Counted from the stretch's first letter, positions 12,346 to 25,068 are shown. The stretch: DNA of 64,000 bases from Epiperipatus broadwayi (GCA_028023455.1 JAQFVV010000005.1:15624001-15688000), one strand, 5' to 3'. Numbers and translations: made by a program. The notes: generated by a model from the letters alone, not told the origin.

Positions 12346-15300
12346 ATATCTAAAGATCAGAATAAAAAAATGGAGTTATAGCTAAATGTGAAGAAAATAG
12401 AAAACAAAAACATCAGTTGATTTTAAATTAATTGTCAATTCGACATCTTAGATTTGAAGTGATCAATATTTTACAAATCATGTATACATTTTTTCACTTT
12501 GAGTTCATATCACTATATTGATATAACATTGTTTTTTATAAAACATTTTATTATTAAATATTGCTTATTTTAATGAGACTTCTGAGACTGTTTTGTTTTC
12601 ATCAGACTTTTAATATTTGGAATTAAATAGAACATTTTCAAATTTGACTCATTCAGACATAATCTCGTTTTGTTTTTTGTTTTTTTTTTATATTAATTTT
12701 ACTCATTTAAATAATTTATCATAAAAAAACAAAACTGCAAAGCTTATAGAGGATGAATAATTACAAACTGAAAGTTAAAAGCAGAAACAGCTCAATTTGG
12801 ATTAGACTTCAAAATTAGGCATGTGTGAAGAAATATCTACTTCCAGAATGAATGTGACATTGATTAAAATTTAGTTTGAATCACAGAATTTGAATCTTTA
12901 GTAAAAAAATTTTTTCTGAGTATTAATAAAAACTGTTTTTTTGATTGTAGTATTACGTTATAAAATTTATTATTTTTTATTTTTATAATGTAGGGGTTCA
13001 ATGTACCAAAATGTAATTTCCTCAATATACTAAGCGGTATGCATATGCCGTAGGTTAGTGATCATTGGCTTAGATCATTCATTAATATCAAAGAATTCTA
13101 CTTTTCTGATTTTATTTGAAATGATATAATTTGCATAAATATATTAATGCAAAGAGAGCTTAAAGAGGAGACATGACATGGACCAGTAATGAGGGTGATG
13201 TACTCTGTTTTTATACTAATGAATTGTATTTTTGAGGATATCGAAAACAATAAATTTGATAATTTATTTTGGAGAAATACCCTTTATATGATAATCCAAA
13301 GTCAACTTTGACATGACATAGCATCTAATTATGATAATGGAGAACTTTGAAGAGTTTCCTGACAAGGATCCTGTGATTAACCAATAAAAAAATGTATCTG
13401 ATCATTATCAATGATATTTTGTTGTGCTGTCTCTAACTTTTGACAAAAACTAGTATAAGTATTTTTATTTAGGATTCATAAAGCTATTTATTGATTTTAT
13501 TGAGCATAAATACAAGTCTTATGTCAAGCGTTGCCTTGCAAGCAAGCAGTTGCTTGCAGACAGTTGTCATGGGTTCGCTTCCCAGCCAATGCTTTGACTG
13601 GAAAAAAAAAAATACAAGTTTTTATATGAAGGTAAGTCATAACAAATTAAAATGAATTGATGTAAAAGTGACTACCATTTTAAAATTACATTGTCTTAAA
13701 AAGGGTAAATATTTTTTTTTCTTTTGTTAAATATAATTACTTTAGACCTTGGAAATTATTTGTAACTAATTGGATATTAAACATATTGTAAATAGCTTCT
13801 GTTTTAAACTTTTTCTAGGCATATTCTATGTCAGCTCATAATGTTTCCATCTCCAATGCTAACTTTAATTTTTTGATGAATTTATTTTTCAGTTCTTGAA
13901 GTGTTTGTTTATATAAACTATTTTTAAAAATAACTTCGAAGAAAAAAAAATGGAAATGATCAAATTTGACTAATATGATAATCAGTTAATTCTTGATTTG
14001 TATAAAGGGGAATGTTCAACAGAAAAGCTCTATTATTCCTTTTGTAGTATAGTAGCTTCATCCTGTTGAAATCACATATTAGTTTATGACTTATTCCATT
14101 AATATTCATCCTATTTGTGTTACATTCAACATCAAAATAGTACAGCACAATAATTTGTTTTGTGAAATTGATACATATATATTCCTAATGATATCAAATT
14201 TTTTGGTATTTGCAAACAATTTGAGAGAAAAGAAAAAATTAGTGGAAAAATTTAAATTTTTAATTTATATGGATTTAGTAGCCTTTATAGTGCACCATCT
14301 AATAGTATTAAATTGTATATAAACTTTTTCATTTATAATTTCTGGAATTATGTAAACTAACAAATAGAAAATAAAAAATATAAAAAAGTCCAAATAATTG
14401 CTTTTATTTACATAATTCCATTAAAAAGTAAAAAAAAAAAAGCTTTCATAAACAAAAGGATGGAAAAATTATGTTTAGAAATTGTACCAATACCAACCTA
14501 TTCATAAAATCATTTATAACTAATGCCCATTATTTTATGAATAGAATAGCATTAGTATAATTTCTAAACATGATGTTATGCTTTTATTTGTGAAAGTTAA
14601 AGAAATTTTTTTGTTCATTTTTTTACTTTTTAGAGCATTTATGTCAAAAAACATTTCTTTAACTTTTTTAAATTGACATTTTGTAACCAATTCATTGTTG
14701 TTTCTCTTCATTAGTGTACTGATATCTATTTGTTGTACAAAACCATAAAGATATTCTGTTTTGTGTATTCTCATTTGATATTTCATGTCATGTAAACATT
14801 ACCAATTTTTCAGTTTTTTTTTTTTTTAGAATTTGTAAACAATTTTAGCAAAAAGTAACAAAAAAATGAAATTTGTTAATTTTATATGGTATTTATTTAT
14901 TCTTTATGGTATTGCCTCATGTTAATGAACTCTATGAAACATTGGTCTGTATATTTGCAGCTTTATGGTTTTGATGTTTTTAAGATATTTGGGAACTGTA
15001 CTGAGTTCACCTAACTATCCATTTATTTTTATAAGTAATTCCATCGAGAATTTGATCATTGAAGATATGTTATTTTAATATGTATCATTGTGTCACGCAA
15101 TTTTTTGTATATTTTAAATATCTGCATTATGAGCTATAATCTCATTGATGAAGACCAAGAGTGGAATTAAGAATATGGTGTTACGATCTATTGTTCACCG
15201 AGTACTCAAGTTTACAATAGATGGTTCTGGAGAAATGCAAATTGAGTGGATGTTTTAATACAGTAATTGAGAATCTTATAACCTTTCAAGATTGTATTTA

Positions 15301-15738
15301 GCCTCTTCATTCTTTTTTAAATTCTAACCAGTCTTTCACTGCTGTTAATAAAATCATTGCATATAAACCAATAATATTTATTTTTCTAAAGTCATGCAGC
15401 TCGACATATAATCACTCCAGTTTTTTAATCTTGCTCTTATTGTAGTCTTACTTTAATCCATGTATTAATATAACATAACATTAATTTACTTTTAGATAGA
15501 TAAAGGAATGGTAATTAGCTCCATCCTATTCTATTTTTCTTTATACTCCAATCAGATACTTTATATTAAATTATCTCCCCATTCAGTTTTAATGTCAATA
15601 TACATGATCTAAGCAACAAATCATTCTTTTTTTTAAAAAAATAGTAAATTAAATAAGCCATTCCAAATAATTCCACATTTTATTCAAGTTTTTACTTTTA
15701 ATTCTCCTAACAATTGTAACTTTTTTTTTTTTTTTTAG

Positions 15739-15827
15739 CTTTACAAACAAGGACGTCTTTGTCAACTGGGAGTAGAATTTTGTGAACTATGTGTATTTGC
15801 TAAAGCACTGAGAGTTAATGACAAAAG
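15739..15827 (+). CDS. APPBP2: APPBP2/PAT1 orthologue, internal coding exon (homologous exon 2, 89 nt)
   Basis: Poly-T tract + AG before 15739 and GTAAGT at 15828. Translates LYKQGRLCQLGVEFCELCVFAKALRVNDK(R), matching my recollection of human APPBP2 LYQQGRLCQLGSEFCELEVFAKVLRALDKR. Confidence 0.96.
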
Positions 15828-17619
15828 GTAAGTATACTTTTACAGTAATAGTTTGTATTGAATATTTGTTCATTCATTGAAATTTTTTCTGATTTTTTTT
15901 TAGATTATTATTTTGGTAATAATTATTTACTTTTCACATTCAAATTGTATGTCCATTGAGGTTGATCAAAAGCAGGTTTGGGATTATTAGACATTGATTA
16001 CTTTAACCAAATAATAATCTTTGATCCTTATTGCTGGCAGTTTTCTATTATTTGTGTGCCCTGTGCAGTTATTGAAATACCCTTCTCAAGAACTAAATGT
16101 TCTCAGATCAATCTCAACTGAGGAAATAAATATGTATATATCAGTACCAATTGTGCTCAGCCTAGCTCTAAATCACATAGTCCCTGTACAACAAACACAG
16201 TTATTTTTTTTTTATTTTCTCATATTTGAAGCTACTAAATTCATTAACTTTCTATATCATTTAAGTTACATTTTGAGTCTCATGATGCAGCAATAATATG
16301 TCTACTCACCATATATGATGGGGTTCGAATCTGAATGGGTAAAACTTGAAGTCATTTTTAGATTTCAGGACTTTTCTTTCAGGTAGTCACTCTATTGGCA
16401 ATCCAGGTGATTATTCAATATTGCAGATAAATAATTATCCAACTACTCTCACTTAGAAAGTAAAGCATGGACTAAGAAACTCTCAAGTCTCAAAATTTAG
16501 TAATTGGCAAAACTGGATGGTCTTTATTCTTTCTCTCTGAGGCACTATTGGAGTGGCCTTTTTCCTGCAGTAGGCTATTTAAAGACTTTTTATCTATGAC
16601 ATTAAAAATTTGCATTATTAGTTTTGAAAAATAAAATTATCAGTGAGAATCATTTTATAGTTAATCCAGTCTATTATATAATTTTTCTGCCCTATAAAGA
16701 TTAATATCTCTTTTTTATGTTGATTTGGATGTTTAGAATGATGCATTTTATTTGTAATTATATATTGGATTATTTTCATCTTCTAGTTTTTAATTGGTAA
16801 ATGTTTTTAGAAAAATTCAAACTTTATGTAAGCTTTTCACATTCATTCACTTATTAGTAATAATACACAATTAGTATACAGTTCATCTTTTTAACTGCTG
16901 GCTTGACTAGTGACATTGTTATCCTTGGGAACTATTGATCTGTAGATTTTTAAATATTACATTTAAGATGACAAAATAACTAGATGGTTAGAGCATCATC
17001 TTAGATTCAGTATTACGAATCTACAGATCACAGTTTGATTCCCATACTAATATTTATATTACTGGTCCAACAGCATCTGACAAAGAGAGAATAATATAAC
17101 TTGAAATACTGTATTGTATTATATATTGTGCCAATGCCAAATTGGCACATGTATATAAAATAATTTTGGATAAAAATTATTATCAAAATCTTTCGGAAAA
17201 AAGAATTTGAAAGTTACAATTAATTACTTTAAAGAGGGGAGAGGGAGTTTTCCTATAAAAAAAAAAAAAAAACAAACTAAGAGTTTCGTAAAAAGTTAAA
17301 ATTATTAAGATATAAAAAAAAAAAAAAATCTCTTTTCATTCCAGTTTATTGTAATAGATTATATTAGTGCGTGCGAATGTAAACAAAAGTATGCATGTAA
17401 GAATAATATAAAAAAAAGAAAAATGAAGAAAGAAATGAAATGTATTTCAAAAGAAACACAGTGGTGGACTGCTAATTAAAGATATGAAAACAACACATTT
17501 TAAAATAGCTACTACTAATAAAATATTCAATCGAAAAACACGTTGTCATAATAATTAATCTAAAGGAATTTCGACAACACGTATTGCCGGAGGATATTAA
17601 AACAAAAACACGTCGCAGG

Positions 17620-17657
17620 TATAAATAGACTTTTTTTTGTTTATCAGACATTCAGTT
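17620..17657 (+). promoter_or_regulatory. Candidate TATA + initiator core promoter inside intron 2 (probably TE/LTR-derived)
   Basis: TATAAATA at 17620-17627 and TCAGTT (arthropod Inr consensus TCAKTY) at 17652-17657. Three AACACGT motifs lie upstream (17537, 17576, 17607) in CpG-retaining sequence. Confidence 0.4.
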
Positions 17658-20600
17658 GGAGTTTGAAATTCAGTCTAGTTTTACTGTGTCAGTTTACAGA
17701 AATGCAGTGCTGAAAAGCTTTTGGAAATATACGCTTGCGCTCCAGCCTTGTTAGTCCAATAAGACCATCAAAACCTGCCTGAGAAATAATGTCTGGATAA
17801 CAACACAGAAACCCTCCGTCAAAACGTGCAGCTGTCTCCAAGAAGAAACCAACGGATTACCATAAATTCTCTTCCATAAACAAAATCTAACCGATTAGAT
17901 ACAATCCATTTGAAGCAGCAGAAGTAGCCACCGACAAGAAAAAAAATCCTAGGTATCTGTTTTATTATTATTATTTACCAGTAGTAGTCACCACTGTAAT
18001 CCGTAAATATTGAAGATTAACATTATATGAACTCTATCATACATAAAAGGAACTATTGATGTGTGTGCGAGAGTCTCAAATGTCATTAATGCTTTATTAT
18101 TATTTTTGCGAATGAGAGTTAATTTAAATGTCTAAGATTATGTTGCTTTGTTCATGAAATATCCTATCATATGTAAATTTAAAATGTCGTGTGTGAAATT
18201 TGGATTTATAAAATGTTTAGAATGCGTTGATGTTGGTTAGTAAATTATATTTAAACTAAATTGATGTTGATTGAAATAAATTATTTTTAAATTTAAATTT
18301 GATCTGTCGGTCAATTCTTTTTATCAATATCTTATTAGCAATAAATATCATTGATTAAAATTAGACTGGGCTGGTTAAGGGAATTGTTTCGAGCGCTGGA
18401 TTATGAGCCTACTACCCGAATATGTTAGTCTTCAGACTAGCTGGCGCCCGGGGTTTACCCGAAACAAATAAAGTATTTGGATGGTAGGGGTTTGAATCAG
18501 CAGCCGAGATGGGCCATTGTTGATAGTTAAAGCTATTAATAAGATCTCCCATTTTGCTCGAACGTGCCGGTTCGTTCATCTAACCTTTATAATATTATAA
18601 ATGTATTGTGAAGGAGTTTGAAACCGGCCAAAACTTATATATACGTATAAGTAGGTGGTTTCAGCGGTTCGACCCGGTACAATATTAACCTGTGTGTTAT
18701 TACTAATAGAAGAATGCAATTGAGAAATTTAAATTTACTTTGAATTTTTCTAAAAATATTTAACAATTCAACTAGATGATGGGCGTAGTCCAGCATATAA
18801 TCTCTTGTGTGTATATATAAATCAAAAGAGCACAATGCTAAATAATCTAATTTAATAATTCCTAATAACTTTTAAGTAATATAGGCAGTCAGCTTTTCCA
18901 ATTCAATTGCCAAGTAGAATAACAGTAATCAACTGTCTAAATTTATTTATCAAAATTCCCAATGTAATGCCCAAGCCTTTTATTTATAAATATCACCTAT
19001 TGGGTTTTAAAGTGTTAAATAGTTGTGACATTCGGAATTACTGGCAAATAAATTTATTGCAGCAGAAAATTAATTTTATTCTACTGGGAGAGATACAGTT
19101 TCAGCAATATATTGCAGTTTTATAATTCTCTTTTCTTAAGTATATTACTTTATTATAGGAATTATAGTAGATGAATTTCTAGTATGTGTTCACGTGGAAG
19201 TTCTCAAATCTATTCAGAGTAAATTTACAAATACCAGTTTATAGCTTCTGTAATGCAGATTTAATTTCATCTGTTTAATCACAAGATTTATTTTTCTTGT
19301 AATGTTATGAAACTTTCATTCAAATTAGTTTATGCAATAATATCCAAACATAAATATGATGATATTTTTTATTACTTTTATTTATTGTGAGATTGTATCC
19401 ACCAGGATGTAATTCTATATTACAATACTATGTTAATATTTTAATTAATTTAATCATTTAATTATGCTCATACACAAATTTAATTAAGGTTTATGATAAA
19501 TATAAAGTAGCTGAACAGTTATCTAAATGGTAGATTAGATGGAAGATTATTTCTTTATTGTGTGGGTAGGTAAGGAAATAAATAACTTACATTCTGGAAA
19601 TTTAATCTAATTCAAGTCTTATATAACTAAGTTAATTTATTCCCTTTAGTTAGAGATAGCCAATTATATGAATAATATACAGACAGAAGGAAGTGTTGCA
19701 TTACATTAATTTAATAGTCACTTATATTATTAACAGTAATGAATTCAAGTTGATCTCAATTTAAAATATTTGGTATTTGTCTATTGATTAAATTGTTATT
19801 TATGTAATTATCTTCGAATTAAGTTAATTCTCATCATTACCTGAAGTTTGAGGTGAAACTAAATGCTAGCTTTGTTATTGATAAAAGTCATTCTACTTGA
19901 ATATTCTTCAGTTATCTGATTAGAAACTCTTAACCGCTATATAGTAGCAGTATGATTATTAATGGACTAAACAATATTGGTTAAGTACAAGTAATAAAGA
20001 GATTGAGCCTGGATAGAATGAATTAAATAACATTCAGCTTAAGTTTGAGAGAAAAATCCAATAAAAATATTTTATGATGATAAGTCATCAGAGATATTAA
20101 TCACTTTTTTATTATTAAATAATGTAAACACATTTTAATGCATTTTATACATTGTCATTCTTTATATATCCCTCTTGTAAAAAAACAGCTGTCAGTTTCA
20201 ACTGTTCATCAATCATCCTCGCAACTCTGTTTAATATTAAAAAAAAACTGTTAAAGCAAAAAATCTGTCATTATTACCAGACATCTGTAGAAAGATTAGT
20301 TTCCATGAATTATCCTGTATTTCCTAGCTTCACTTTTTCAGTCAAAGCTTATATTAATTTAGAACAACTTTTGATCTCATTGAGTTAGCTAAATTTTTTT
20401 TTTATCTTCCTGTAATATAAGTTTGGAGTATTTTTCTTATAAAATTTTTTTTCACACTTTCTTTTAAAATTTTGTTTTATTTTATATGAATTGTATAACT
20501 ATTTTCTGAAGGAAAAAAATAAAATATAAAAAATGATCAATAGTGAAACAAAATGAAATTTGCAAGTTCAGTCTTGAATACATTATATTAATATATGATA

Positions 20601-21664
20601 TACATCACATGATCACTATTTCCTATACTTGCACTGAGTGACATTACTGTATGGAGAGTTTTGCCTGTTTTATATGATATATCACTATATTACTGTTAAT
20701 ATTCTTTTTCATTTTACATATGAATTTCTTTAATACTAATTTAATAATATATCTTCATTATATTTTTAATTCCTCTTTTATATTCTTATCTTGAATTAAT
20801 TACTTTCAAATGTTTTTAGTAAATTTTTTTGTTAGAAATAATTATTCATTTTATTGATTGATTTTTATTTGTCCACATTTATTTCCTGTAATATTGACTA
20901 ATGTATTTAGCAAGTTTAATATCCTCCTAATATTTTTTTATCTATTTATTCAATAACATTTCTATTTTTCTTTCACAACAAAAACTTAATCAAAATTTTA
21001 TTTACTTGTAAAAGTAGCCAGTCATTCTCCACAGCTGCACTGTCAAATTAATGTACACTCACCCATATAAAAATAAAAATATTTATCAAATTTTTTTTTT
21101 CATATATATTTTGATTATTTATTCAATTTAATTTAGGATTTTCTCTTTTTATATATAAATATTCTTTTATAATCCTTTATATGGTTTTACTTTTTTATTT
21201 TAATAATTAATTGTAATTACAATTTTTTGAAAATATATACTAGAGGTTTATCTCTGTTTTATTCTATATCTTAATTTATTTTTAGTTATTATTCAAATCA
21301 TTTATTTTATTATGATGTATTAATTTATTTAAATTCAATTTCTTTTTCATAAACTAATTTTGTTCTTGATTTTAAATTGTTTTTTATTGATTTTTTAAAA
21401 TATTTTTTATATTTCATAAAATGTATGTTTATTAATTTTGAAACTATTATACATTGTTGGTTTATTTAAAATATAGTTTTTATTATTAGTTAATTTATGT
21501 AATCTTATGGAATAACTGAAACACACAGGCTTATTATATACCTGTGTCTATATATGTAATATATAGGGTATATGAGCACAGACTTTCACACGACCCACCA
21601 CTCTTCACACTATCTTATAACACTGACACATGTGAACACATATATGTTGAAAAGGTAAATAATC

Positions 21665-21708
21665 ACCAATATACGTATTTCACGCTAAACCAGAAATCAT
21701 CAGTTGGT
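21665..21708 (-). ncRNA. Type I minimal hammerhead ribozyme (family A), core intact, stem II weakened
   Basis: Minus strand: ACCAA CUGAUGA UUUCU GGUUU AGCGU GAA AUACGUAU A UUGGU. Stem I ACCAA/UUGGU, palindromic stem III, AUA cleavage triplet. Confidence 0.75.
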
Positions 21709-22120
21709 CCAGACAATCATCTCCACACATATATGCCACAAGTGCCCAGATATATATTAAGATAGCCAAACCTCATACATTAATGTATAAGCTTCAATCT
21801 ACTCCAATTCTTCAACCATCCATCCAATTGAAAATCTGATGATGGAATACTCAAAGGCCACCCTGAAGCTGAGATTCTTGTCACACCCATGTTGACCTAA
21901 GGTCAATCTGACCCCTCATGTACAGGACATAATACATTTAATACATATACAAGGAATGGGCAAACATCTCTACTATGTAATAACTGAAACACACAGGCTT
22001 ATTATATACCTGTGTCTATATATGTAATATATAGGATATATGAGCACAGACTTTCACATGATGCACCACTCTCCACACTATCTCATAACACTGACATACC
22101 TGAACACATATATGTTGTAA

Positions 22121-22164
22121 AGATATATACGTATTTCATGCTAAACCAGAAATCATCAGTTGGT
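22121..22164 (-). ncRNA. Hammerhead ribozyme (family A), core intact, 3' strand of stem I deleted
   Basis: Minus strand: ACCAA CUGAUGA UUUCU GGUUU AGCAU GAA AUACGUAU A UAUCU. Confidence 0.65.
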
Positions 22165-22544
22165 CCAGACCACCATCTCGACACATATATGCCACAAGTC
22201 TGTGCTCATATATCCTATATATTACATATATAGAGACAGGTATATAATAAGCCTGTGTTTCTGTTATTACATAGTAGAGATGTCTGCCCATCCCTTGCTT
22301 ATGTATTAGGTGGATTATGTCCTGAACATGAGGGGTCAAATTGACCTTAGGTCAACATGGGTGTGACAAGAATCTCGACCTCAGGGTGGCCTTTGAGCAT
22401 TTCCATCAGAATTTTCAATTGGATGGATGGTTGAAGAGTTGGAGTGTGGAGTAGATAGAAGCCTATCCATTAAAGTATGAGGTTTGTCTATCTTAATATA
22501 TATCTGGGCACTTATTGCATATATGTGTAGAGATGATAATCTGG

Positions 22545-22590
22545 ACCAACTGATGATTGCTGGTTTAGCATGAAATATGTGTATATTGGT
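22545..22590 (+). ncRNA. Hammerhead ribozyme (family A), core intact, sense to APPBP2
   Basis: ACCAA CUGAUGA UUGCU GGUUU AGCAU GAA AUAUGUGUAU A UUGGU. Stem I extends (AGAUGA-UAAUC / GAUUA-U-UCAUCU) across a UGG bulge. Confidence 0.8.
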
Positions 22591-22919
22591 GATTATTCAT
22601 CTTTTCAACATATATGTGTTCAGGGGTGTCAGTGTTATGAGTTAGTGTGGAGAGTGGTGAGTCGTGTGAAAGTCTGTGCTCATATACCCTATAATCTTAT
22701 GGAGCAATCATTATTAATTGCTTCATTTCAATGATTTTTTCTCAGAACAAATTCTTAAGGCCCTAATTATTCTGTTTTTTATAATATTTATTTTGTGAAT
22801 ATTTTCCACACCTGATCTTACTTAGTTAGCAAATAATAGTAAGTTTATTTTTTATATGTAAGTTTATTTTTTATATATTTTTATTTATATCATGTTTTAT
22901 TTTATTAATCATAATATCT

Positions 22920-23443
22920 CAGATTATTAATACGGATGGAAACATAATGGATGAAATTAATCATAGAATTAAACTTGATTGGAGTGTTTTTGGTAGAAAT
23001 AACTTTATACTAAAAGGAAATATACCTATGTGTTTGAAAAGAAAGGTTTTTAATAAATGTGTTTTACCAATTCTTACTTATGGATCTGAGACTTAGACAA
23101 TAGAAGAGCAATACAGAGACTTCAGACCACTCAAAGAAGTATTGAGAGATGTATGTTGGGAATAACAAGAAGAGATCGAAAATGCAATATAGGGTAAGAG
23201 AACAAACAGGTGTTACGAACCTCATTGAAAAAATTAGACGAGTGGAGTTGGGCTGGACATATTGCTAGAAGAGATGATAATAGATGGACAATTGAAGTCT
23301 TAAACTGGATTCCAAGAGATTGTAAAAGACCCAGAAAGAAACCACATGTGAGATGGATAGATGAAATAAGAAAATGTGCAGAAGAAAAGCGATTAACTTT
23401 AAGAGACCTTCATCCAGCAGTGGATTGATAATGGTTGATGATG
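22920..23443 (+). mobile_element. 5'-truncated RTE-clade LINE
   Basis: Encodes the RT C-terminus (KCVLPILTYGSET; WSWAGHIARRDDNRWTIEVLNWIPRDCKRPR). GAT-repeat tail, 7-bp direct repeat AATATCT at 22913-22919 and 23444-23450. Same family as 60981-63900. Confidence 0.92.
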
Positions 23444-23851
23444 AATATCTGAAAAATTATTTTTACCTTTCAATTTTGAATTGAATATTACTTTTTATTT
23501 ATTAGTATATTTTTAAGAAAAAAGTTGCATGGCTCTATTTTTATTTTATTAAAATAATCATTTTTATAAATTTTTACTAGACAATATTTGTTTATAATAA
23601 TATTTATCATATCCAAATATGACATTTTTACAATGATTATATTCTTATTATTATCTTTGAAATATATCTCTAGATTTAATTGCTTCATCTATATTAGTAT
23701 ATGTATACATAATGCCTAGTTTATAAAAAAATAGACATTTTTTAAGATTCCAATGAATGTTACTAAAATCATTATTTGGTACCGATTTGGTGTGTGCTCA
23801 TGCATATTTTGAACACATTTGTATTTTAGAAGTTATAAGTTTTTAGTATTT

Positions 23852-24045
23852 AGACTGTGCTCACTGCCATTTTGAATTCTAAGAACCACCCAACGTATCC
23901 AAGTGATCCTATGTGGATTATTTGAGGACCACCCTGACTCATCCAAGCGATCCTGTATGGATTATTCAATGTCATTTATCACTTGAATTTGTCATCGGTG
24001 GTTTTGGGTGGTCCTTAGAATTCAAAATGGCAGTGAGCGCACTCT
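23852..24045. mobile_element. MITE-like element with ~40-bp terminal inverted repeats
   Basis: gtgctcactgccattttgaattctaagaaccacccaa pairs with ttgggtggtccttagaattcaaaatggcagtgagcgc. Internal tandem duplication of ccacc..atccaag..gatcc..tggattatt. Confidence 0.8.
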
Positions 24046-25068
24046 CAATCAGCACCCATTATATTATTGTGACCTTTTGTATATTTTAAATATTCAAATC
24101 CATTTAAGTAATTTTTTAAAGTATGTATTAATAGTATTTATAATTAAGGAATAAATATGATAAATATAGTGAGGTCTGATACAATAAATTATTGATTTCA
24201 AAAAGTTATTTGTTATATCATCCAGTTCTTATACATTACATTGAAATTTTTAGGCCTAATCCATTCCAAACTGTTTGGATTAAAATTATCATCTAAAACA
24301 ATCATTCAACAGAAAAAATAATTCAAAATCAAAAATATAAATGTAAAATTATATACAAAATGAAATTGCTGTATTAGATTTCATTAAAATAAAAATTCAG
24401 CTCTTAAAAGCATAAAATAAAAATCATAAACAAACCTACACATTTTAATAAAAAATTAGATTGATGATTTTAGAACTTGGATGAAATTTTTTTTTGTAAA
24501 TCCTTAAGATAACATTCAGCAGTGCTACTATTTGTTCTAACTTCCTCATTATACCTTATAATATCATGTAATTCAATTTTTTTTTGATGACAATAAATTC
24601 TTTTGTATAAATCTTTTGTATAAATCTTCACACAATTGCTTGGCCTTTTCACAATGACTGCCTAATTGACATTGTCCCTTACCATATGATTTTCCTTAAT
24701 CAACATTAGCAAAAGAATTTCCATTATTCCTTAATATTGCAAGGTAAACTGCTCAATCTGGAATTCTCTTTCACTACTATACTTTTTAATTTTTTTATTT
24801 TTAAACTGTTGCAAATCATTTATTTAACTACCATATTCACAGTTTGAATTAATTGCTGATTATTTTATCACTTTTTATTTTAAAAATAATCTTCTTTTTT
24901 TCATTTCAATACTGATCTTTTTTTTCTTTCTGATTCAGTCTTAAAATTACTATTTGTACACTTAACAAAAGAATTAAAAACATTTAATATAGATGGCCTT
25001 TCAACTATCCACTCTATCTCATATCACTGATACACATGATCGCACACATGTAGAAGAGATCAATAATC

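Larger units (their letters stand above)
21512..22691. mobile_element. Family A hammerhead-bearing non-autonomous Penelope-like/retrozyme-like insertion A1 (unit + partial tandem + inverted copy)
   Basis: 468-bp unit (21513-21980) restarts at 21981. 22196-22693 is the reverse complement of 21562-22053. Perfect 12-bp direct repeat TAATCTTATGGA at 21500-21511 and 22692-22703. Confidence 0.85.

Noticed and set aside
1-15738. APPBP2 exon 1 (expected BC-box region ending ..FDVYYK)
   Set aside because: No matching peptide found by eye; it probably lies upstream of the window.
17979-17993. 15-mer cagtagtagtcacca shared with 31756-31770
   Set aside because: Too short to interpret; probably a fragment of a common repeat.
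21544-22339. Short ORFs repeated in family A units (MSIYVIYR...)
   Set aside because: Not preserved between subfamilies and no RT or GIY-YIG motifs; the element looks non-coding.
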